This document shows positions 24,601-35,600 of a DNA stretch of 64,000 nt, piece by piece. This DNA comes from Camelus dromedarius. Taxonomy: Eukaryota. A program made the translations under genes and the position numbers. Within the stretch, counting starts at the first letter, position 1. Every line of letters begins with the position of its first letter. The notes below the pieces were generated by a model. It was not told where the DNA came from. It ran no database searches and saw only the letters and a list, made by a program, of their open reading frames with translations. The stretch spans positions 15,190,001 to 15,254,000 of the forward strand of contig NC_087439.1 of the NCBI RefSeq assembly GCF_036321535.1. The letters run 5' to 3'.

Positions 24601-26204
24601 AGTTTCCTATTTATTCTTCGTAAGTTTACTTTCAGCTTCTTTCATCCCTCTTGAGACAACCTGAAAAGTCTATTAAAAAAAAAAAAAACCTACGACAAAT
24701 GATCTTAATCAAGAATATCTAATTATTGGACAAGAGGCTTCTCCACTGAAATACCATACTGAGGAACTGAGAACCGTGGTATCTGAGCACGTCAAGTTTG
24801 AAGCAGCTGCTAGAATTGGTCAAACAAGGGAGAGAGAGTTCACCACCTTTGTCAGTGCCCCTGGCATGGGAGAAATCCCTTCTCTTCCCCACCCTGGCAA
24901 GCAGGGGAAGGAACCTCTGCTTAACTTTGGGAGAAGCCATCTGCTATGGCTAAGATAGTTCTAGACTACTAACCTACCCCCATCTCCCACCCAGCACAGG
25001 ATCTGATAAGACCTAAGGATTATCCAAACCCAGAGCACCTGGGCGCCTGGAAGGCGGGGGTTGAGAGGGTGAGGAGTTGCGGGGAGACAAAGACATAAAC
25101 TTGGCCAGCAAAGCTCTCAGAATTGTGGGGCCAGCATGTTTGTTCAGCATCTGTTTCATTGTATATGCGCTGAAGAAGCAGTGACTCTCAAACATGAGGC
25201 AAACTGAAGGAGGAGTCTAGCCAGGGAAGTAACTTTATACAGGCAAAAACAAAGATTCTGATCCTGGCCAGTGGAAGCAGCCACTAGGATTCAAATAGAA
25301 TCCAGAAGACGACAATCAGTCAAGCATGCACAATTATTTGTTAAATTACAGGGCTTCTCCAAGACAGCAGGGGCCCAGCAGTGAACAGACACAGACCCTG
25401 CCCTCATGGACTCAGAATATAAAAAAGACAAATATAAAAAGTATAAGTACGAGTACAGTAAATACAGGGAAATAGGGGAGAGTGTGGTAGCATACAAAGG
25501 TTTTAGCCTGGTTTGTGGGATTAAAGAAGACTCTTCTGAGGAAGTGATATTTAAACTAAGACAAAGGTCAAATAGACATTAACTAACCATGGAGCACTAA
25601 CAACCTGATCATTGCAGACACCTGTCCCAGACACCAGCCTGAAACACAGGCTTTAAAGTGGGGCTTCATTAAAAGCAAGAAGTGCATCATCCTACCTGAA
25701 CCTCTAGGCTCTGGTCAGAGACAAACGCCATGTAGGAGATATGAGGGAGTCATATCAGAGAGGCAAGTCCAGAGGCTAACAGGAAGCCAGTCCCAGAAAG
25801 GTCTGAATGCATATCAGGGGTTCCACAGGGATTGGTACATGGGGAAGTGGAGTAGGGGTGCCTCTGTGAGGTTTAAAGGTACCAAAAACAAGAATGGTCT
25901 CCCAAAAAGGCAAGAAGTAGTCAGAATCTACTCAGTAGAGAATTACGTGTAGAAAAGAATGTACCTCATGAGAAGTTGTAACGATGGTCTTGTTCTTATT
26001 GTTTTTAATCCCAGTAACCAAAATTGGCTACACACACACACACACTCACAGAAAGTATCTTAATAAAAAATTAACTTCTAACCTACTATTTTTTGATAAA
26101 ATGGTAAAAAAAAAGGCATAAATTAAAAATGTAGACTTGAACACAGTTAAAATTAAAATTATGCTACTTCATTTTCTTCTTCTCATATTTTATGTTTAGA
26201 AAAA

Positions 26205-26450
26205 ATGTATATCCTGGAGATCTAATGCACAGCATAGTGAGTAGAGACAAAAAATACTGTATTGTAATCATCAAATCTGCTAAGAGACTAGATCTTAATT
26301 ATTCCCACTGCAAAAAAGAAATGACAATTATGTGACATGGTAGAGGGGCTAATACAATGGCAATCATATTATAATATGTAAGTGTATCAAATCAACATGT
26401 TGTATACCTTAATATACACAATGCTATAGGTCACATATATTTCAAATAAA
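26205..26450 (+). mobile_element. Old L1 3'UTR (L1MA8/9-like)
   Basis: 'cctggagatctaatgcacagcatagtga...gctaagagactagatcttaa...gtgtatcaaatcaacatgttgtataccttaa'. Confidence 0.85.
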
Positions 26451-26516
26451 TGAATGAATGAATGAGTTTGGTCTAAAGAAAGGGTGGTGGCAAGGGAGAA
26501 GAGAGCTGTTCCCAAG

Positions 26517-26895
26517 TGTAGGATATATCACATATGCCCCTGAAGATCTAGCCTCCATCCTTTGCTGACTGTTCATTCATTGCCCTGAAGGCTGACTTTC
26601 AATCGATGACTCAGTGTCCTCTCTTGCCTTCCAGCCTCCTGTTGGGAGGCACTGGCAGGAGGTTGGAGGGGCTCTGAGTCTTAGCATTTGTAGGACAGTT
26701 ATTGTCCTGGTAGCTGCTCCCACCCCCTCCCTCCCATCCCTTCAGGGCTGTGTCAGCTCCCCACTGCGCTAGCCCAGTGTGACTTCACAACCCCTTGCTA
26801 GCACCTCTTAAAGCTGCTTGCACTTTTACAAAACATGTTTTCCTTAAACGCTCCTCAGTGCCCTCACTGGAGTATACCAGACCCTGACTGGGACA
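26517..26895 (+). mobile_element. ERVL LTR (LTR33/LTR16-like)
   Basis: 'gggaggcactggcaggagg...cccttcagggct...cagctccccactgcgctagccc...ccctgactgggaca'; TG...CA ends. Confidence 0.65.
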
Positions 26896-27759
26896 CCAGA
26901 AGACTTTACGCTAAACGTCACAAGATTCTTCACAGCTAGGGATGCGGCACTGAGGTCAAAGAAAGCCAAGAGAAGAGCAAAGACATGACAGTAAAAGCAG
27001 TTGCCTTCCCACCTCCTGGAACTGGAGGGATGCCCAGGGAGCCAAGTCTAAGCATCTAGGGCTAAAGGAGAAGATCCGATTCTTCACATAAGAAGAATGG
27101 AGGGACATGGCCAGCATAACTAAATGAACAATAAAGCTACCACCACTAAGAAAGTACTACACACATGCACTGTGCTTATCATGCTGCTTGCATCATCCCA
27201 CATGGCTTCATAAAAGCCCATTTTCCAGACAAGTAAGTAGACTTAGGCAGGCTGCTTTACTTGGTCTTGGTGGAAGGAGCTGGGTGTACTGGCAAGTCTG
27301 TCTGCCTCGAGAGACTTAACCACACACTCTCCAGTTATCATCACACCTGTGGTTGAGACGCTAAGAAGCTTTGTCTAACTTCCCAGTGATGAAAAGGAAC
27401 AGGACACCCTATAAGCACTGTGCCGGCCACAAGAACCTGCCGCTGAGTTTTAATATCAGCCTGCTTGGATGACTGCTTCAGCGTTTGGACAGAGACCTTG
27501 TCATTTTGTTTTCTTACCCTTTTTTTGTTTTAATCTCTTCTTTTTTCCAGTAACTCCCTTGTTTCCTAAACCACCACCACAGAGACAAAACAGGACAATG
27601 AAACCTTGTTCGAGTGGAAATAAAGAGGAACTAGGATTTCTGCACAGAGGCCAAGATTTCTAGAAACCCGGAGAAACTCAAGAACTCCACCTCAGCGATG
27701 GCAGCCAGAGAGGAATCCTCTGAACTCTCCTCTCTGAAAATGAGGAAACCTAAACGCAG

Positions 27760-29224
27760 AACCCACAGGAGTGAGAGTTCTGAGCCCCGCGTCAGGCTCC
27801 CCGGCCTGGGGTCCGGCACGGGGAGAGGAGCCCCCAGAGCCTTTGGCTTCATTGCAGGAGCCCCACAGGACTGGGGAAGCAGCGACTTCACTCTTAAAAG
27901 GCGCACAGAAATCCCCCCCAACGCCCGGACCCAGGGCAACAGCCGTAATTCGACGGGAGCCTGGGCCGGACCTACCTGCTGGGCTCGGAGCGTCTCCTGA
28001 GGAGGCAGCGGCGGCGGCGGCGGCTCGGGCGGGTCCGCGGAGACACGGGCAGCAGTCATACTTGGGGGCGTTCAGCCCCGTGAGCACGGCTGTTGGTCAC
28101 TGATAACGAGGCTCATTAGCGCCAACACGGGGCAGCGCCTAACAGCCTGCGGGCGCCCGTGCTGGGACGCCTCAGGCCAAACAACTAACGGGGCAGCGAC
28201 ACAGCCTATCAGCGGACAGGCTGGGTAAAGACGAAAGCGCCCACAGCTGCCTCTGAACGTGCCCCTGGACACGCCCCTGGACACGCAGCCAGACACAGCC
28301 CAGCCTATCAGAGGACCAGGACCCAGCTCCTCCCACCAGTGGGCGGGGCCTGCTTTTCCCGCCAAAAAGCCTGCACAAGCCAGTGGATCAGGACCCAGCC
28401 TCACGCACCAGGGGGCAGACACCAGAAGCAGGAAAACTAAAATCCCACAACAGAGGGTTCCCAGCCCTGCCCACTAACAGGCGTACGCAACCTGCAGGAC
28501 ATCTTGGATCCCACACTTAACTGTGTTACGAACTGGCCTCCCCCAACCAACGATCTGAAACGAGCTCAGGGATTCCTGCGCCTGCAGCCAGACTCCAGGA
28601 ACCAGCTCTTGCCTGCTAGTAGAGAGGGACTAACCCCAGGATCTGGCTTAACTCCCAGTGGGGGGGTGGGCAGCAACCCCAGAGTCTTCCGGACTCTGAC
28701 TCCGCCCACCAGTGAGCCGGCACTAGCCCCAGGGCCTCCTAGGGTTCTGCAGCCAGCCACCTTGTGACCAGGCCCCGCTAAACAGCAGCCAGCACCATCT
28801 GCAAGGCAGGGTCTGGCAACCAAGCCCACCTGGCCACCCACGTAGTCAGCTCATCACAGCAGAAGGACCCGCTCAGCCCTCTTAGGGGGACACCCAGAGC
28901 ATATAGCTTGGATGACGGGAGAACAGTGCACCGCTGGGGTGCATAGAACGCCTCTTACAGAGGGCCACCTCGGAGAAACGTAACGAACCAACCACATACA
29001 GGAAAATGCAAAGAACAAGTTAGACAAAATGAGATGGCAGAGGAATACATTCCAGACGAACAAGATAAAACCCCAGAAGAAGAACTAGATGACATGGAGA
29101 TTGGCAATCTACCCAAGAAAGATGAGTAATGATTGTAAAGATGATCAAAGAACTTGGGGGGAGAATGGATGCACAGAGCGTGAAGTCAGAAGTTTTTAAC
29201 AAAGAAAATATAAAGAACAACAAA
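27760..29224 (+). mobile_element. 3'-truncated L1: 5'UTR plus decayed start of ORF1
   Basis: 5'UTR motifs 'cccacaggagtgagagttctgagcccc', 'gcctgggccggacctacctgctgg', 'gctgggacgcctcaggccaaacaac', 'caccagggggcagacaccagaagc'. ORF1 ATG at 29029 (MRWQRNTFQT then frameshifted QDKTPEEEL). Homology stops near 29224. Confidence 0.85.
27781..28420. promoter_or_regulatory. CpG island inside the L1 5'UTR (candidate bidirectional promoter)
   Basis: Hand count of about 44 CpG in 27781-28320 at high GC. Includes a (CGG)5 tract near 28009-28023, GC box GGGCGGGG (28341-28348), MYB-type TAACGG (28186-28191) and a CTCF-like motif (28405-28418). Confidence 0.65.
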
Positions 29225-29293
29225 GTGTGAGACCTTTCTGAGTCCACCGTCCCATGTAACTGCACAGGTCACCGGCCCACGAAGCTGGCCCTG

Positions 29294-29340
29294 TTTCCTG
29301 CAAAGGATCTTTCCTGCAAAGGATCTTTCCTGACAAAGGA
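29294..29340. repeat. 16-bp tandem repeat (tttcctgcaaaggatc), about 3 copies
   Basis: Two perfect units and a third with a 1-nt insertion. Confidence 0.95.
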
Positions 29341-30222
29341 AATCAATTTCTGTTGATCAAATAAACATGCAACAACAACAACAACAACAAAAATCAGCAG
29401 GTAAGACTGTAGAGAAAGCATGAATGGCACAAGCCAAAAATCATATGGAACAATAATGCTACCATATTGTGTGTATGAGAAGCAACAGCCCATGTGCCGA
29501 TCCAAAAGGTTATGACAACCAGCCTCAAATCTAAAGTTCTCTGTCACAGTGAGGACCTCCTGAAATCACTTCCCAGGGCCTTTCCTGGATACAGTTCTTT
29601 CCACTCATTAATCTCAGGGCCAGCACAGCTGTGGTTTCCAGGAAACAGTGGAGACCCTGATGCTGTCACAACTTCAGAAAACAGCCATTTAAATGGACCT
29701 CTGCTGATAAGTCAATTAACAAAAGAAAACAATGATAATCAACAAATTCTCCCACTTAAAACTCGCCTCAAGTTCGCCTAAATGTTGATAAATTGCTATT
29801 AATTTTGCACAGTAAAAGGCCAAGTTATCATTTGTTTCCATCTGCTCATAAGAAATGAGTTTAATCTCTAAATATTAATGATGTGTGTTCATTTGTAACC
29901 AAGGAGCTTTTTAGCTTTCTAGATATTACCGTCACTAATATAAATTTATCAGAAGTGTGGCAGCAAAGTTAAATCCCAGACCAATAGAAGATTTCACTAA
30001 TTGGAAAATCAAATCTGGCTAAATACTAGGTTTGGGCCAGAGCCCACTAATTTTCCCCAGTGCCGTCCACATAGTGAAGGAAGTTGCTTCAGTCATTATT
30101 TCAATCATGCAGTCAAATTAAATCATTTATTATCAAAGCTTTCTCTCCCTGTAATTGGCACTTATTGTTTTTGTTCCCTTACATTTTTCCAAAAGTGACA
30201 GTACTCCAAATATTTTGGGGGG

Positions 30223-30450
30223 GGCCTCAGCAGTGCACTCTCCTCTCATCATCCAAGCTATATGCTCTGGGGGGGTCCCCCTAAGAGGGCTGCGTGGGTC
30301 CTTCTGTTGTGGTGGGCTGACTATGTGGGTGGCCAGGTGGGCTTGGGCACCAGGCCCTGCCTTGTTGTGTGGATGCTGCTGGCTGAGGTTTAGCAGGGCC
30401 TGGTCACAAGGCTGCTGGTCGCTGAACCCTAGGTGCCCCTGGCCTAATGC
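30223..30450 (-). mobile_element. Inverted copy of the L1 5'UTR segment at 28720-28938
   Basis: Reverse complement shares 'ccttgtgaccaggccc', 'caagcccacctggccacccac', 'cagccctcttaggggga' and 'cagagcatatagcttggatga' with the + copy. Confidence 0.9.
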
Positions 30451-33400
30451 TGAACCTTACTCATTCCAGCAATGGCATCCTACAAAGAAATTTGACTTGT
30501 TTCTGTTGCGTGGATTTCCAAACCTACCTCAATTCCTGCCCTTTCCCACCCCTTTTCCCCAGCTTCTCCATTATTTCTATAAGTTATCCAATATCCTTGC
30601 AGTAAATTACTTTTCTGTTAAAGGTAGACAGAGTATCTGCTGCTTTGCAACTAGAAATACACTTAACAACATGGCTTGTGCTTCCATTGTGATTGAGGAA
30701 TATTTTAGATCCCAAAGGATCAAGCTGATCCCTATGGAGCAACTAAAGACAAGCTCACAAAGTTGAACATCTTATTGGAAGAAGAGTTCAAAACATTTAT
30801 AAATATCATAGAAGGACTGACAACGCAACAGACCAGTGTGTTCAAATCAATATAGTATATTTTACGGTTATGGGTGTATTCAAATACATATATATATATG
30901 TACATATAATGATATATATGTATGTTTATAAGGATAAATATGTATACTAAGGAATACCCAGGGAAATCAGATTTTGAGGCAATTACCAGGACAGATGTGA
31001 GATTAAGGGGTGAAAAGGACCTGGTTTAACAAGATGAAAGGAATGATCTACCCAAATTAAATAATCTTGACAATTGCCAAAAACCACTTGCAGTTAGCAT
31101 TACAGAATCAACCAAACTCAAAGAAAACCACTTTTGATGTTGCAGAACTGTTTAATCACCAGTGCCCTAACAATCACTTCGGCTATGTCACACCTGCTTA
31201 GGTTAAGTGATGCCCTATGGTTTTTGTCTTCAAGAGGTATCCTGGGACATGAAGTGTACAACTTATGAAGAAAAACCAATGGGCAACGTTCATGGCAACA
31301 TGTTAGCATTTCTCATCTGTGTAGAAATTTGGGAGTTTGAAAATATCTAAATTGAAAATCTATTTCCCCTACTCTGAGAATATTAATATAATCTCTGTGA
31401 ATGGCAATAACTATTTGAAACCTATCTTTAAAAAACACCCTCAACTTGTATTTTTTTTTAATGTAAAGAAAAATAACTAGGTTTCTTGACTGTGATTTTT
31501 TGCAAGAGAATATAAAAACAGCAACTCTGGGTGGCAATATTTTGTCTACTCTACTCTCCATCCTGATGGACTGAGGCCAAAATTGGCCCTCAGTTTACCT
31601 GCCTATATAGTGATGGCTTCTTTTCTTGGCTACTAGTCCTGCCAAGGGATCCAGTACTCGTTTTGGCCTTAACTGGTTCTGACTTGCCAGCTGCCCTTCC
31701 TTCCCCTGATGCTAGAGTTCCTTCCAGTGGTGCCAAAGCTGAGCCTGAAAAGTTGTGATAGTTAGAACACTGTTACTTGTCTTTCCAAGGCAAGGAGAAT
31801 GGGGTATAGAGGGCTTTACTAATCCATGGGAGACTAGTCCAGATTCAGTGTGTGCTCAGTGCAGTAGCCATTACTGCTTCTAACCAAATATAGCCAGCTC
31901 TCTGCCTCCTGGGCCCAGGGCCTCCCAGCACTTCCTGGCTCCCTTGTGCTGGGGGAGACCACACGCTTTGTGGACTGGAACATCCAGCTGACCTGCAGTG
32001 GACACGGAGCGCTAATGAGGAAGCTCTTTGCAATTAAACACCTCTAGGATTCAGCAGGTTTCTGCAGCATGATGTCACCTAAGTTAACAGATACAAGATA
32101 TTAAAATGTCAATGTTATCACCAAAGCATTTTTAAACAGTGCCTTCAGAAAGCAAAACCAAGCTCCCAACTTGTCCACCAAGTATTCAATTTGGTTATCT
32201 GGCATGATGCAAACAAGCATTCTGGTGATTAACTGAACTTTAAGCAAACTAAACTAACAGAATGTTGATAGATTTCATCAGCTCCCTGCTCAATTCTACA
32301 GGTTCTTTCAGAACATGTACTGTGTGTCTAAAGGTGTGCTGAATTCTAGGAAGAACACAGACTCAATGACACAGTTATATGAGTCTTACTGACAAATTTC
32401 AGCTTGTGGCAAGTAAAATAAGGACTTGGAAACTTCCACTGAGTGAGGTCAGCAGCAGATAATTGTTGACTTCAATAAGAAGCAAATGTCCATTCCACCT
32501 GGATGAAAAGATTGTGCAGGCAGAACCATCGTGAGTTTGTGTTTCCCTCTCGCCCCTGTTGGTTCATAAGCACAAGTCATCTGTGTGTCGACCCTGAGCT
32601 TTATCTCTGCTAATTGTTGGATATGAGGTGCTAAGTTCACTAAGGCACTTCGGTTCACAAAGAATTTTTCCAAAACTTCTTCCTATGAGCTTGTTATAAT
32701 GATGTGCAATATAAAATCAAAACTTCTAAAATCTGGTACACATGTGCATACACGCACACAATGAGTTATTAAAGGGATTGCAGATTAAGATCCAAGGTAG
32801 GTGAGATTCGTAAAGAATCAGAGACTGGGGAACATTTGAACTGAGGCTTGAAGAAAGGGTGGGTTTAATGGACATCACCAGGAACACTGTTGGACCACTC
32901 TCCTTAGTTTCTCAATATGCTTATCTATTTAGTTACCAATTGATAAACAAGCTAGGCCCTTCTTTTAAAGTAAAGCAATTCCTTATTCCTGAGAGGGGAA
33001 AATGGTATATAGTAAGTATATGTCATACCGTATTAAGTGACCTTGGACAAGACTCAGAACTTATTTGAACATCAATCTCCTAGTCTGGGAAAAGCAGGAC
33101 AGGGACTAGATGATGGCTGCATTCCTTAACAGCTTGGTAATTCTCTGAGGACTGTATGCTATGATCTTCTAGCCATCAATTTTCTTCAAATTTGCCACAC
33201 ACAAAAAAACACTCCCATTACAGTTGGCATGCTATTCATCGTTCCTTTGGCCAAATGAAGAAAGAGAGAGCAAAAAGCAACCATCACATTTAAACGAAAG
33301 AGTTATCAGTCATTATTGTACATTGATCTGCTTGAGAAGCCATAGGGCAGAGGCATTTATACAGAAGATAAGCTCATTGTGTTGAACAAATTAATGCTGG

Positions 33401-35044
33401 ATTGTGAATTAAATGGCGTGTCTTCGGACAGCTAATTAGCTTTGTGCTGCTCAATTAAGTTTCGAAAGGACACGTTGTGTTTCTTGATGGAATACAGAAT
33501 ATATTTCAAGGCTACTGCTGCTCTGGATAATTTCAATTTTAAACCCAGTGAAAATGAGCAAGAAAGTATCATGAGCTTCGAAATTCCCCAAACAATTCAG
33601 ACTTTCCAAACAGCTTACATTTCAAACCATAAATAGCAAAATAACACATTTTCTTTTTAACCACATCTGGGCATCTTAACAAGTGAACAAACATGAAATT
33701 AACTCAAGTTCATTTTTCACAGCATTGAGTGGAGCATATTTTTCATTCACATGGAGAACAAATATTTAAAAAATAAGAATCAACACTAAATTAAAATGCT
33801 TTCTATTCAGTATACTTTTATTCTACAAGATGGAATCACACACATCCCTTCTTCCACATACTGGGGAGGGAAAAGTGTTGCTACCGGAAGCACTTAGGCT
33901 TTGGAATAAGAGAGTGTTAACCAGAGCTTGTGTCACCCTAGGGATGTTCCTGTTTCTCTCCTAGAGCAATCAGAGATTGAAAAGTAGAGCTCGCAGGTAA
34001 CTCAACAGTTACCTCTGAAAGCATGATCTGCTAGTCTTCTTGTCGTATCAGATGATAACGCCAGCAAGGGAGAGAGGCACACGACCTAGACAAGCCCAGA
34101 CCTAGAACACAGTTGCATGAGTGGGTAAAGGGTAAAGACACATATATGCAAACCCCTCCCCACAACACCACCACCACCAAAACCACCAAGATTTGCAAGA
34201 CTTCAGCATAAAGTTTTGTTGGTAAACCCCAAACTGAGACATGTGCTCTCCTGGACTTCCTTAAATGTCCATTTTCCTCACTAACCCTGAACCCACAAAG
34301 TGTACATTCCCAAATGTTCTTATCTTTAGGCCATCCACTTTTGAGAGTAAGAATTGAACATTTGCCTTGCTCCACACAACGCACGTTGTTTTCTTGTTTC
34401 TTTTTCTCCTAACTTGGGAGACTGCAACCCCATAAAACTCGGCTAACTGCCAGAAAACAGGGCAGCTCCCCTCTTAGGCAGACTCCAGCTAGCAACGAGT
34501 GAAGATGCTGTGGCTTTGCTTGGGTGCTTTCACTTCAGGGCTCTTTGACAAGTGATATGTTACTGGATTTACCAGGTTCTTATACTTTTTAGCCAGTCAC
34601 ATTTCTGGAACACTAATCATTCCCCCAGTGAAAAATTCGTTCTAGCATTCCCCAGGTAAATGAACCCTTTCTCCCTACAATGCAGGTCAGAAATAACAAT
34701 ATCTGAAGCATTTGGAGGACCCATCTCTGGAGAACGGATTCCTAAGATTTCTTCAGATGTCAAAAAACCACATATCCAGCACACTGTTTATACCAGATGA
34801 CCTTAAAATATGTGACAAATAATATAACAGCCTTGTCAAGTTTTTCCAATTATACCTAATATTGCAATATCAATTTTTCTAACTGACCCGATGCATAGAA
34901 ATGTGACATGGCAGAGAAGGAGACTGCATCTATATGCATCCAGACCAGTTTGACTAAAAGCAGTGAATTTATTTAAAAAGTAAAAACTGTAACACAGGCC
35001 AACTGAATCTACTAGTTTCATTTTCACCTGAGTAAAAAGGACTA

Positions 35045-35600
35045 CAATGGTACATCCAGACAATGGAATATTATTCAGCACTAAAAAGAAATGAGTTATG
35101 AAAACCTTGAAGAGACACAGAAGAACTAAATGCATGTGACTAAGTGAAAGAAGACAATCTGAAAAGATAACATAGTGTATGATTCCAGTTACATGACATT
35201 CTGGAACAGGCAAAACTATAGAGATAATAAAAAGATCAGTGGCTGCTGGCTGGTGGGAGGATGCACAGGCAGATCACAGGGGATTTTGATGGCAGTGAAA
35301 ATAATCTGTATGATATTATAATGATGGGTATGTGTCATTATACATTTGTCCAGACCTATAGAATGTACAATACCAAGAGTCAACCCTCAGATAAACTTAC
35401 GGGTTTATGGGTAATTCGATATATCAGTGTAGGTTCATCCTTGATAAAAAAGAAAAGGAAAGGGAAAAAGGTGTACCATTTAATTGAGTGATGTTGATAA
35501 AAGAGGTGGCTATGGATGTGTGGAGGCTGGGAGTATCTGGGAAATCTCTGTATCTTCTCCTCAATTTTATTGTAAACCTAAAACTGCTCTTTAAAAAAAA
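35045..35600 (+). mobile_element. Old L1 3' end (L1MC1-3-like)
   Basis: 'gtacatccagacaatggaatattattcagcactaaaaagaaatgag...cattatacatttgtccagacctatagaatgtaca...gggaaatctctgtatcttctcctcaattttattgtaaacctaaaactgctct'. Confidence 0.88.

Noticed and set aside
25965-25969. ATGAG|gt at the end of candidate exon 2 as a start codon of a conventional gene
   Set aside because: Spliced to 24660 it gives only MRLSQEG*, and I found no downstream coding exons to support it.
27692-28087. Poly-Ala ORF (131 aa) and other overlapping ORFs in the CpG island
   Set aside because: It has a GTG start and lies in GC-rich, stop-poor sequence. The poly-Ala is just the (CGG)n tract.
29294-29340. CRISPR-like repeat array
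   Set aside because: Head-to-tail units with no spacers, in a mammalian context. No CRISPR or prokaryotic system is visible anywhere in the window.
30155-30766. Longest ORF in the track (203 aa)
   Set aside because: It reads through the antisense L1 5'UTR copy into AT-rich unique DNA, with no recognisable domain or exon structure.
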